From: Balamuthia mandrillaris
Lineage: Eukaryota
Assembly: GCA_031835245.2 (NCBI GenBank)
Contig: JAVKOQ020000056.1
Span: 186,001-237,334 of the forward strand
Length of the DNA stretch: 51,334 nucleotides
Direction: 5' to 3'
Each line of letters starts with the position of its first letter. The first letter of the stretch is position 1. This document shows, piece after piece, positions 1-10,858 of this stretch. Below the pieces are notes generated by a model. It did not search any database, was not told the DNA's origin, and was given only the letters and a program-made list of their open reading frames with translations. The translations under genes and the position numbers were made by a program.

Positions 1-254
1 CTGGAATCACAATCTTAGTAGAAGCTGCCATCTCCCCTTCTGAAAAAAGCCTCAAGAGACAAGATAATCATCTTCATACTCTCAACTCTCTCACACTCCA
101 GGTACTACCTAAGGATCAATGCACCAAGCTGATACACAAGAACCAGCAAGCTCCCAGTAACTCCTCTCCTGCTGCAATTAGCCCCACTAGCTCTATTACT
201 TCTTTTTCATGCACCTCTGGACCAACACAGCAGCATACATGCTCGCTTCCTCGT

Positions 255-852
255 TTGTGCCCATCTGCTCCTATGTTTCACTTCGTTAACTCGATTTCAT
301 CTACTCAACAACAATCCAATCTCACCATCCCAGCCATCAAGCAACAGTACCCTGTTGGTGAAGATGAAGAGTATGACGAATTTTATGAGTCACAACGATT
401 CCTCAACTTCACCACTGTTATCAACAAAATGCCTGGCCCTAATCAATGACTATTAATAGATGTTGTGTCAGTTTTGTGATCATTAAATGTGATGCCAGTC
501 ACCCTTTTATGGACCCCTCTATCGTTGACTTGGTTCATGTCAAAACCAAGCAAGCCAACTACACCATCAAACTCAAACACCAAGAAACCACTACTACATG
601 TGCAGCTGAAACTGAGCCACTTGCTGTTTTCATTATAAGTTCTCCGTTTTGCCTCAACTGAATGGTCAACAGATCATCCTGGGCCTAGACGTCATGTGCA
701 AGTCTGGCATGAGCAATACTGATATCTCCATTGACCACCCTGAGGAAACACACACTCCAAGGATTATGACAAAGGGAATCAGAACAACATCTTGTAAACA
801 CTGTTTTTCGCCATCAATACTCAATCCCACATCACATAATGCTCATCATTAA
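255..852 (+). mobile_element. Degenerate LTR-retrotransposon aspartic protease relic
   Basis: Broken frames give IIKCDASHPFMD (resembles L-D-x-G-A-S-H-x-F) and PQLNGQQIILGLD (retropepsin ILGxD motif). The region is CpG-poor and stop-ridden. Confidence 0.4.
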
Positions 853-2703
853 TCTACAAGTGGTAGAATGGCTACATACTGGTGTTATTGTGGGCAGAGG
901 CAATGAAAAAGCCTTGCACTTGGAGATAGCAGCTTTTTACTAAAAAACCTCCTCTGGAGAACACTTAGTAAATGCATAATATTGTGAAAATAAATGAATG
1001 AGACAAGGAATAGAGAATAGAGGAAAGACAACAGAGTGAATCTTTAATGTTGCTTTAAAGTACATTGAGAGAAAGAGAAAATTGGTTATCTGAATGTGAA
1101 TTGTCTTTTTAGTAAACATAAGTGTTGGTACTTACACTTATTAGCTAGGCCTTTGTAATTAAGGATTTCATCAATTTTATACTTATCTTGCAGGAGTCCA
1201 ATGTGCTTCAGATGGTTGGAGCTAAATTTGTTTGGGAGGGTGATAACACCAGTGCTGTCCTGGAGGAGGTATGCACTACCATGATCACAGTGGGAAAACT
1301 GTGTAAAACTGTGTAAAAGACTCTGGAGACTGGGGAACTTGTGTAGCATGACCTTGAAACTAGCAGAATATTTGTAGAGTGTCATGGAAGAATCATTTTA
1401 AGCCTTGGTGTGGGAGCTGCTTCAGGTAGAAGAGGTAGTAATAGTAATAAGAAGTTTATTTGCTCCAAGAACAACACCAATCTATACATAAAAAGTAAAC
1501 ATTAGTACATACATAGTGTACTCTTACTTTTCTTACTCTTTCATCCTCAATTGTTATAATGGTTCACAAGTGAAAGGTGTTCAATGAGCTTTTAGACTTA
1601 CTTTGTAGGTAGAAGAGTTTGAAGTTGCTGCTTTCTTGAATCCATTCCAAAGATCTTTTTCTTGTCTTCCCTGGAACTTTCCTGAGCCTAGAACTTAAGA
1701 ACCAAGAAACCAAGAAGTTACTCGCTTAGGCTTCTGCCTTTGAAGACAAGCTTGAATTCCTATGGATGTGCATGCTGTGTACTCCATTTAACTACAACCC
1801 CAAAGTGATCTTTCTCTTTTGAACTTTCTTGAAGAGCGACTTTCAGAAAGCAAAAATATATTTAATAAACAGAAAAGACCATTTGTAAGTGTGTTTTTGT
1901 TGCTTGTTGCTTTTCATGTGTTTTTGTTAAAGGGAAGTTATTTGTAGTTGAGAAGGCAACCAAGGAATGAGGCTTGGGATTGAGAGTGATAGTTTCTCCA
2001 TTCTTAGGTTTTCCAAGGAAGGCAGAAGAAGATCTTCAGAATGGCTTAATGTTGACATAAAAAATCAATAATAGCTGGTGACAATCAATTGGGCCATAGC
2101 TGTGGAGTTCTAGCACTTTTCAACAAAGAAGTTTCACTCAGGTACTACTTCTGTTCCACCTTTATTATTGTCTTCTGGTAAAGCAACATCCTGTACTTTG
2201 CAATGGCCTTGTCATTGTTTTGTCCTCAAGCATGACCAAGTTTCTAACTCAGGAAGAGGTGTTGATGAGAATAAACCCTGTGGATCAAGAAAGGGACAGC
2301 ATGTAAGCAGCTCTGGGTTTATTTACAAGAAAAAGGGGTGTGGACCAAAGTGTGTGCTTTGAATGTATCACCAGGAAAAAGGGAAAATAAAAGGAATGAG
2401 AGAATCTAAAGTATCCAAGGAGAGTGTCAATAGGGAGTCATAATGAGGTGAATCGTTGGTTTTCCAACAGAAGTGTATCTTGCTATGCCTTCTTTTTTAC
2501 TTTCAAGAGTTCTTCTTTCTTTCCTCCAGTGGTTCTTCTTTGTTTTTTTCTTCCTTGGACTCTTTGGCTCTGACAGTTTGCACTGTCACTATGACTAAGA
2601 GGGACTTGTTACAAGTGTTTTTCTTTTGGTCACTATATTTATCAATGCATTGCTCCATCCCAACCTCAGCTTAATACTATAGACTTATTTACATTCTCTT
2701 TGC

Positions 2704-3120
2704 AGGCTTTTTTACCTTTGACCAGCTTTGGTTTGCTATCAGCATCTTCCTTCACAGCATTTTCTTCATTGAGCAAGGGAAGATACAATTTGAGGTCTAG
2801 CAAAGATAAATATTTATATGAATAAGAGGGTTGTACCAGTATCAACCATAGTAAATCAGAAATATTTAAGGGCTTAGAAGACTCTTGTTGCTTGGAGACT
2901 GGAAACTGGGATAAACCTGGAATGCTTCACAATATTCTCAGTGATTGTCCTCTTTATCTTTGCTAGACCTCAAATTGTATCTTCCCTTGCTCAATGAAGA
3001 AAATGCTGTGAAGGAAGATGCTGATAGCAAACCAAAGCTGGTCAAAGGTAAAAAAGCCTAAGCCCAATCACTTAAGTGATTGATGGCTATGGTTGATACT
3101 GGTACAACCCTCTTATTCAT
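2704..3120. repeat. Scrambled inverted duplication (107-bp and 34-bp arms plus an 18-bp palindrome)
   Basis: 2704-2810 is the reverse complement of 2953-3059. 2818-2851 is the reverse complement of 3087-3120. CAATCACTTAAGTGATTG at 3065-3082 is a palindrome. Confidence 0.95.
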
Positions 3121-3750
3121 TTATCCTGACTCCCTTTACTTGGTTCTATGCTAGCACACTATCATGCATGATAACAACTCTTCTTCTCAAATTACACACA
3201 AAGCTATGCAAGTTGCATAGCTAATGGTACTTATAAGTTCTGTGATGACTTTTTTGTTCTTCTTCTTTGGAATAAAGCTCAGTTTCTTTTTGGCTACCAG
3301 TCTCCTTCCAGTTGTTTACTATTTTGTAAAGACAATTCCAACAGGGATTTTAAAGATGTGCTCTAGGAAAAGCCTCTCCCCAAGGAATGCAAGTAGTTGA
3401 TTCTTGATGGCATTAAGGACTAAATGAAGAAAAAATTAGCAGCTTCTAAGGACCTCCTCCACCTGCTTTAAGTCTATCCTTTGCCCTGATACAGGTGACT
3501 ATCCACCCATTTACTAATACTAGTATAACATTCTGAAGAAATGGCCAATTATTAAGTTGTCCTATTTCAGTGTTACTGGCTTAGCTTTCTTTGATTCTGA
3601 ATGGAACTCCTCTATACTTATACCACAATACAAGCTACTTTACTTTCACTGGTACTCTTCACTTTTGGTTCATTAAAGTCAGGCCTTGTACTTACTGGCT
3701 TTGCAATCATTGTTGTTCTCATTAAATGATACTTATCTTTATGTTTCCTT
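3083..3750 (+). mobile_element. Degenerate Ty3/gypsy-like pol relic (protease, start of RT)
   Basis: 3083 translates MAMVDTGTTLLFI (retropepsin DTG motif). Around 3593 it gives DSEWNSSILIP (like RT SxWxSPxxxVP). Many stops. Confidence 0.45.
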
Positions 3751-4249
3751 GTAAGTTAAGTTTTTAAAGGAAATTGTCATTCTTTCTTACTGTGATAAGG
3801 CCAATAGGGGAACAAGCTAATGGACACCAACTCATTGGATGTAGGAAAAAGACCTTTAATAGAATAAAAGAAAGAGAAAATATACAAGGAGAGATAGGGA
3901 TAGGTATTATGGAAGAGTGGTATAAAATTATTAATTTAACCTGAATCACTTCAACACATCTTATTTATAAGTATGCTGTCTGTCTCTTTTCCTTTTCCTC
4001 TTCCTCTTTTTCTCCCTTTTCCTTTCTCTTTCCTTCTTCTTTCTTTTCCTTTCCCTTTTTCTTCTCTTTTTGTTGTCAACTGCCAATATAACCAACGCAT
4101 TACTTTTTTCTTTGTTAGTACTTAGTCACATTTGCTTTTTGTGATTTCTCTCTTGTGGAACTTAAGAACCTTCTTTTTTTCCTTTTGACACATGGCTTCT
4201 TTTGATTGGCTCTTTTTGTCACAACCCGGCCTTGAGTCATGCCAATTAA

Positions 4250-4705
4250 TCCCTCTCTCTCACACAATGCTCACAAAGGAGAGATAAGATTGGGGTGGTT
4301 CTTGGTTTGATCTTCTCCACTTTCAAGCCTCTTATCCAGTCATGCCATGTATAAGTCAACTTCTTTCTCCTTGCTGTTTGCCTGTTTGCTTTTCTTGTTG
4401 CTACTGCTCAGCCGTTGCCTCAAAAACTCCACCAATAGGTCATCACAGTGCAGATTTCATTCTTTCACCCAACAGTTGTGCTGTGGAGTGTATCCTTTAC
4501 ATTTGACGAGGTACTCCACTCCATCTTCTCCGTTTCTCACCTCCTTGATGGCCTCCACTTCATATTCTTCTCCATTCTTTCCTTGTGTTTCTTCTTCTAT
4601 TGCTACTTCTTGATTCTGCTGTTCCAAGGATTTGCCTTCCTTCAACTCGTTTGTTTTTAGTCCTTTTCATCACCATTTTGCAAGCCGTCTCTTCTTTGGT
4701 TCCAT
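4250..4705 (-). pseudogene. Chromodomain protein pseudogene
   Basis: EYEVEAIKEVR...VEYLVKCKGYTPQHNCWVKE*NLHCDDLLVEF is a chromodomain. The frame from ATG 4705 has TGA TGA after MEPKKRRLAKW and another TGA inside the domain. Confidence 0.7.
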
Positions 4706-5702
4706 TCTAGTTAGTTTATGAGCTGATTTTTCTTATTCATTATGTCTCTTTCCCTTTCTTTATCTTCTTATATTCTCTTCTTTTTTTCTTCTTCTCTTGG
4801 AACAGGAAAGTAACAAACACGCACCCTCTGCTATGACACTTTTCTTTTATTAAAGCCTATTCGTGGGCTTATTCACTCTCTTGCATTCTTGTTACTGGTC
4901 CAAGTCAACATTTTTTCCTTTACTACTAATGACCTGCTGTTATTTATGTAATATTACTTTGTTGAGAATTACTGTAACATATTAGCTTCATTGCCTCTTT
5001 TCCTTTCCTTTCTTGCTGTTGACACCTGTGATGTGGACCAATGCTTTCTGTTACATTACTCTAGGCTTCTTCTTTTTATTCTGCTGCTTTCTTCTTTCTT
5101 TCTTTCAGTTAGTTAGTTGACTTTATTCATACCACACCTTTCCTTCTTAACACCTTTTGTTTCTTTGTTCCTTCTTGAATGATACGTTTTGGCCCCATCA
5201 GTTTGTATTTTTCATTCTCTTTACCAACTTTGATAAAACAAATATTAACCAAGCACTTTCTTGGTTTGATAAAACTGACAACACTCACAAATACACTTAT
5301 TCTTTGTCCTTTTGTTTTCTTTTTGTTTCTTGGTTCTATGCTCAGGTTCTGATGACTGGCTCTAAACTCTCTAGACTCACTTTAGTAGAGAATCTCTGGG
5401 CCATTGTGCATGTAGTGAAGGAAGAAATTGCTTTTTTTTCCTTTAAAAAATCTTAACAAATTATACATCTTTTTCTTAGGAAAGAATAGAACCAGAAAGA
5501 TTTTGTAAAGTGGAAAGAAATGCAATGAAGCCCAAGAGATGAAACAATGCTAGCAAAGCTGTTAACGAGTTTGGAGATTATGGCAGCAAGAGCATGTTGG
5601 AGGAATGAAATAGTTATTTTGCATTTTATCCATTTTTAGAAGTCATGTAAAATTAACCAAAAACAGAAAAACAGAAAAAACAAAAGACAGAAAAAGAAAA
5701 AG

Positions 5703-6271
5703 ATGAGCGGCAGCGAAGAACAAAAGCTCAAAGCGAAGCGAAAAGCGGAAGAAGAAGAAGAAGAGGAGGAGGAGGCAGAGGAAACAGTGGGACGACAGGC
5801 AGTAGCGTCGAAAGAGTTGTTGTACTTGTCGGGGGAGGAAGGTTTTTTTTTTCTTTTTTGCGCTCTTCCGTCCGTCGGGACTCACAGTCACCCATTTTTA
5901 CAGAGTCCCCATTTTTTATTGCTGATGGCAAAGACAGAGTCCTCCCTCGCCCACCACAGATCACAAAACCTCCACCTAGCTCTGGTTTGCCTTTACATGT
6001 TCTTGTCACTTCGCTTCTTTTTGTTGATTTCAGTTGTTGCGAGTTTTTTTAATTTTTTTTTTTTTTGCAACAAAAAACAATGGGGAACGTTAGTACTCTC
6101 CAGAGTAAAGTCTTTCTTGCCACAGCTGCAGCAAGCCAACGAGACTTTAAAGCAAGAAATGGAAATCAAGCCTGCTGCTGAGTTTGACATAGAAAACGTG
6201 GACGAAAGTCAACCTTATATCGAAATGGTTTGTTAAGCACAAAAAACCAAGTGAGAGAGACGCATGGAGGG

Positions 6272-6311
<40 letters not shown>

Positions 6312-6492
6312 ACTAACGTTAGCATATTACATATTGTAGAACTTGACGATTCCTGAATTCAAAGACGACGAAACAAACGCAGAAGAAAGAGAACAAGATG
6401 AAGATAGCGAAAACGGTGAACAACCACAACGAATAAGAAGGATGGTAGTACCTATCGACGAACACGAGAATAACACTAATATTCGGCATTAA
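5703..6492 (+). CDS. NOPCHAP1/C12orf45-like (DUF4598) protein, about 4 exons
   Basis: LSRVKSFLPQLQQANETL...FDIENVDESQPYIEM|NL matches the family. GT-AG introns at roughly 5842-5903, 5984-6093 and 6228-6339, with stop TAA at 6490-6492. Confidence 0.65.
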
Positions 6493-6599
6493 CTAGCATT
6501 CATTATAAATTCATGCAAAGAAAAACGAAATATAGAGCGAAAAATGCCAGAAGAAAAAAAAAAGGGACCAGATTAGCAAAGTGTAAGAGAAAGAGAGAA

Positions 6600-8134
6600 T
6601 GGATGAGAGGAGACCTTGTGCTTCGGCGACCGGATGAAGGGAACCATTAACGTTCATCAAGGCAATGATGGCAAGGGTTGGGTGGGATGGTGGCATCATG
6701 AACTGGTAGAGTGGAATATAAGAAGATGTGGCTACACTCTTAACAGCTTGCTTGATAACTAATATATCTTCTCCATCTTCATCAAGAAACTCGAAATCAA
6801 ACTCTATTTGATGAAGAAACAAATAAATAGCTGTAAAGAAGAAGAAGAAGAATAACAACAACAACAACAACAACATAAGACAAAACAAGTATTTGTACCG
6901 TAGCCAGTACAGTAGATAATGATGTCGCATCCAGTTTCGGTTTCGTCTCCATCCTCAGCGTCATCCTAAATTAGCGTTCGCTCATCCAAGCGAGAGGGGA
7001 CACCTTTTGCAACAACTTTTTCAGCCTGTAGAATCGGAAAAAAATCGCTCAAACTCATTGATGAGGAAGATTCCAACATTGAATGGTAGATCTTCCAACG
7101 AGCGCTGCAAAGGAGCAGCTTGGAACAAACTGGGAGAAGCTCTTCGGCGATATCGCTGCCGCTTTTGCCCATTCCTACAACAACCACTTTCTTTCCTTTG
7201 GCAGAGATGCCTGAAGTATGTCTGTACTCATGGCTATGGATTTGTAAGGGAGAAGAAGCCGAACATGTATAAAAAGGTGGATTAGAAGGTTTGCGGTGAT
7301 GACCTTTGGAAGGGATAAGAGAAAGTGAGCACGGGAAATAAAAGAAAGATGCTTTTTTTTCCATTGCACAGCTTTATAACGGCACAAGAAAAACGGAAAT
7401 GTTAGGCGTGGCTCTACCATCAAAAACAAAACAAAAACAAAAACAAAAACAAACCAAACAAAAACAAAAACAAAAACAAAAACAAAAATGAATAACAATA
7501 GCACAAAGCAAACGCAACAAACAACAATAGGAATGGGGAAAGCAAGTGATAAGACAGAGAACTGATGATACGTATGGGGATGGGAGAAACGTACAGCTAC
7601 GCCGTCAAAAATTTGAACTTGTTCTTGCTCAGCTTCGCCTCCCACAACCCAACTCACTGCCCACTGTTCTTCTTCATTCTTCCTCCTCAACGGCCTAATA
7701 CGAACGACACGACAACGGAAAAGGACATGAGGCAGCACCTCGAAATGAGCTGCGTATCGCTCGAGATATGCAAGAACTTGAGCATGCTGAGGATAATTTG
7801 GATAGTCTTCTGGCATGGGCAGGTCCGAGAATGCCATCGCTCTTTTGGGGGTGTTGGCCGTCAAGCCTTTATAACATCGTTGAAAGGTTCTCCTGCTTCT
7901 CTATATACCCAATTTCCTTTGTGTATGCAGCGCGTTACCAAAGTTGAGGTGTTTAAAACAAGCAACAAGACTACCTCCTATTTGGTCAGTCTGCTCTAGA
8001 ACTAAGACGTTGAGACCCTCCTCTAACAGCGATTTAGCCACTGTCAACCCGCTCGGGCCTGCACCTAGCACACAACAACAGCGGAGAGAGCGGCGTTTTC
8101 CTTCTTCTTGTGCCAACCTCCTCCATGCATGCAT
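6600..8134 (-). pseudogene. Flavin-containing monooxygenase, frameshifted and apparently 3'-truncated
   Basis: FAD motif GAGPSG, then LTANTPKRAMAFSDLP, IHSHEYR, NADPH motif GMGKSG, DIIIYCTGY and LYQFMMPPSHPTLAIIAL. There is a frameshift between NWVYRE and YKGLTAN (about 7870-7890), and no recognisable C-terminus before the neighbouring gene. Confidence 0.7.
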
Positions 8135-8256
8135 TAGGGGCAGGAAGACAAATGGCACGCCGAGAGCAAATTTTCAGGTTTTTACTTTTCTTATCTTTTG
8201 CGCCGCCTTAGTTTCAGTATCCATCCATGAATCAAAATCTTCAATTCGACAACCAA

Positions 8257-8328
8257 GGGTGCATAGCTCAGTGGCAGAGCATCTCGTTTACACCGAGAAG
8301 GTCGTCGGTTCGAAACCGGCTGTGCCCT
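8257..8328 (+). tRNA. trnV: tRNA-Val (TAC)
   Basis: Cloverleaf: acceptor GGGTGCA/TGTGCCC, D stem GCTC/GAGC, anticodon arm TCTCG-TTTACAC-CGAGA, T arm GTCGG-TTCGAAA-CCGGC, followed by a T7 Pol III terminator. Confidence 0.93.
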
Positions 8329-8540
8329 AACTGTTTTTTTGTCTTTTTGTTGATAATCTTTATTTCAAGTGTTGCACTTAAAATAAATGACGAGAACGTG
8401 AAAAGGGCTGGGAGGGAGTAGTTGGCGGCCTTCCACGCTTCGGCCCTTGACTGAGGTGCTTGCAGAACGAGGGTTGTCTGCAGAGGATGTCAATGAAGTT
8501 CTCCGGAGGAAGGACAGTGGAGGCCGCGCTACCCTGTGCC

Positions 8541-8568
8541 ACCGTTGAATCCATCACCCAATTTTCGA
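8541..8568 (+). repeat. Orphan copy of the IS607/Fanzor left end
   Basis: ACCGTTGAATCCATCACCCAATTTTCGA is identical to 9989-10016. Confidence 0.85.
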
Positions 8569-8803
8569 GGGGTTGGTAACTTTCCCACATACAGAATACA
8601 AAAAGCGGTATAGAAAGGGAGACGTGGCATGGAACGCCTTTTTGATAGGCTGTTGGTTCAGTGAGCACCATCAAGCAAGCGCTTTAGAACAGGAGGAATT
8701 CTAGCTTGTGTCAAAACATGCAGCTGGAAAAAATAAAATCACAGAGGAGAATTCTGTACCTGCTTTCACCATTGTTGCAGGAAGGTAGGTGGCCCCTATC
8801 AAT

Positions 8804-9574
8804 CTAGCTACCAGGAATGATGTTGTAAAAGTGATATATCTCCTCTTTAGTGTCCAAGACGCCAACCTCTGCATCACATATGCGACAGTGGACCGGCCAG
8901 TAGGTCTCCTCTTCCTGCCGTCCCTCCTCTGGAGCAGAGGGAGGGTAGCGCAGCACTTTGGTTTTGTCAACAGTGCAGTCCTCTGTGACGAACATGGCTC
9001 GGTACTGGTTTTTGTAAGTGGTATGTTGTTGGCAGTCAAAGCACAAAGCCGAAAAGCAGCAAGGGCAGCTCAGCACAGCATCCGTCTCCCTGCGTCGGGT
9101 TAGGTACAAGTACTCGTCCCTGTCCTTCTGGCTTTGGTCTTTGGCTTGCCTGCTGCTTCCCTTATTTTGCGAGTCACCTTGCGCTGCTGCTGCTTGCTGT
9201 TGTGGTGGTGTTGTGCTGCCAATCTTTGCTTTGCTTTCATCCTTCTTCTGCTTCTTCTTCTTCTGTTGCTTGGAATGGGCGGAGGTGTGGTCGAGGTACC
9301 GCCGCGTCACCCACTTTTCATCTTGGTAGTCAGCCTTCTCGTCGTAGAAGAGGTGGTCTAGGCTGTCCGGCGGGATGTGCTTGCCCAACAACTCGTTTTT
9401 CTCTTCTTCCTCCTCGCCAGAAAGCTCCTCTTCCTCCTGCTGGTCATAGGCCATCCTTTTCACTGGAAGGGGTGGTTGCTCCTTCTCCACGCGCTTTTCA
9501 TGCAAAGGGGCGGCGTCCGCCCTTTGGCTCCGTGCAGTGTCTGCTCTGATGTCCAGCGGCGAACCTGGTTCCAT
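8804..9574 (-). CDS. EAPP: E2F-associated phosphoprotein (EAPP) homolog, intronless
   Basis: LFYDEKADYQDEKWV, TDAVLSCPCCFSALCFDCQQHTTYKNQYRAMFV and YWPVHCRICDAEVGVLDTKEEIYHFYNII are the Eapp_C signature. Start at MEPGS (ATG 9574) is inferred. Confidence 0.9.
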   Translation of the reverse strand: MEPGSPLDIRADTARSQRADAAPLHEKRVEKEQPPLPVKRMAYDQQEEEELSGEEEEEKNELLGKHIPPDSLDHLFYDEKADYQDEKWVTRRYLDHTSAHSKQQKKKKQKKDESKAKIGSTTPPQQQAAAAQGDSQNKGSSRQAKDQSQKDRDEYLYLTRRRETDAVLSCPCCFSALCFDCQQHTTYKNQYRAMFVTEDCTVDKTKVLRYPPSAPEEGRQEEETYWPVHCRICDAEVGVLDTKEEIYHFYNIIPGS

Positions 9575-10135
9575 TGTTATTTTTTTGTTGTTGGCTCCGG
9601 AGAGGTTGGTTGTGGCGATGCGGTGGGGGTGGTGGTTTTTCCTCCTCCTCCCCCCTGCCTGAGAGGAGGTGCTCCTCCTGATCTTTCTTCTCTCTTTCTT
9701 TGTGTGCACAAATGGGGGTCAACTTGAGAGCGAAATGGCTATGTCGACACTAATTTTTTCTCTTGGTGGGTGAGGCCAAGCTGCCGTGCCGCGGTGCCAA
9801 CCCCCAATCCATGGCCAGTGGCAGGAGTTTGCCTCGCCTTTGGGTGGGTGGCCTTGGTCTGGCTGCTTCGCAAGAGTGGGGTGGGTGGATCCACCTGGAG
9901 GAGCTAAGTCCTTGACGCACAAACGAACCTGAAGCCGGCATTCACAAAGCTAAGGTCCACACCCTCAGCGCCACAGAAAGGGCTTACTACCGTTGAATCC
10001 ATCACCCAATTTTCGAAAAGTACAGAAATTCCTCATAAAAAGTGCCCATGAAAAAGTTTAACCCCTGAAATGGAACGATAAAAGAAAGGGAATCCGCAGA
10101 AACTTTATTTAGCTCCTTATTTATTGTAACGCAAC

Positions 10136-10853
10136 GTGCCTATTTTTCATTTTTCACACAACCACAAAACAAACACCACCACTACCACTACGGACCGCTA
10201 CGTCAGAGCAGGAGAAGTGAGAAAGCACTACAACGTCTCCCATGAAAGCCTTCGTCGTTGGGCGGAGGCGGGAGACGGACGTCTGCGCTTCACCCGTACC
10301 CCAGGAGGCAACCGTCTCTACCACCTCGACGACATCCAACGCATCTTCAACCAAAAGGGGGAGCAAACGAAAACGGAACACCTCTGCTACGCCCGCGTTA
10401 GCAGCAGTCACCAAAGGGCAGACCTTGCTCGACAGGTGGACGATCTCAGGGCACAGTACCCCAGCTACGAGATCATCCAGGCGTCGGCTCCGGCCTCAAT
10501 TACAAGCGGAGGGGCTTTCAGTCCCTTCTGGAACGCGTGTACTCAGGCGTGGTCTCCGCTGTTGTGGTTACCCACAAGGACCGCCTCTGCCGCTACGGTT
10601 TCGAGTTGCTTGACTTCCTATTCCGCAAAACAGGCACGCGACTCGTGGTTCTCGGTGACCAAGACGCCCCAGAGGACGGAACCAGGGAACTCGCTGATGA
10701 CCTGCTGGCCATCTGCAATTACTTCGTGGCTAAGAACAACGGCCGCCGTTCCGCTCTCCATCGACGCCAGCGCAGCAAAACCAGAAGGACAGGAGGGGGA
10801 GAAGAAGAAGAAGAAGAAGGAGGAGGAGGAGGAGGAGGAGGAGGAGGAACTGA
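10136..10853 (+). pseudogene. tnpA: IS607-type serine recombinase TnpA with 1-nt deletion
   Basis: MerR-like HTH (VSHESLRRWAEAG...RTPGGNRLY) and catalytic CYARVSS (Ser at 10400). Restoring one base at about 10481 gives DVGSGLNYKRRGF...VVVTHKDRLCRYGFEL...ELADDLLAI. Start and stop positions are uncertain. Confidence 0.9.
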
Positions 10854-10858
10854 CAACG

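Noticed and set aside
9760..9992. RNase P/MRP or group I intron (IStron) motifs left of the element: ACAGAAAGGGCTTAC, CTAAGTCCTT, TTCACAAAGCTAA
   Set aside because: The putative P4 strands are only about 70 nt apart, too close for RNase P/MRP. There is no GACTA/TAGTC P7 pair, and the segment lies outside the inferred left end. An Rfam search would settle it.
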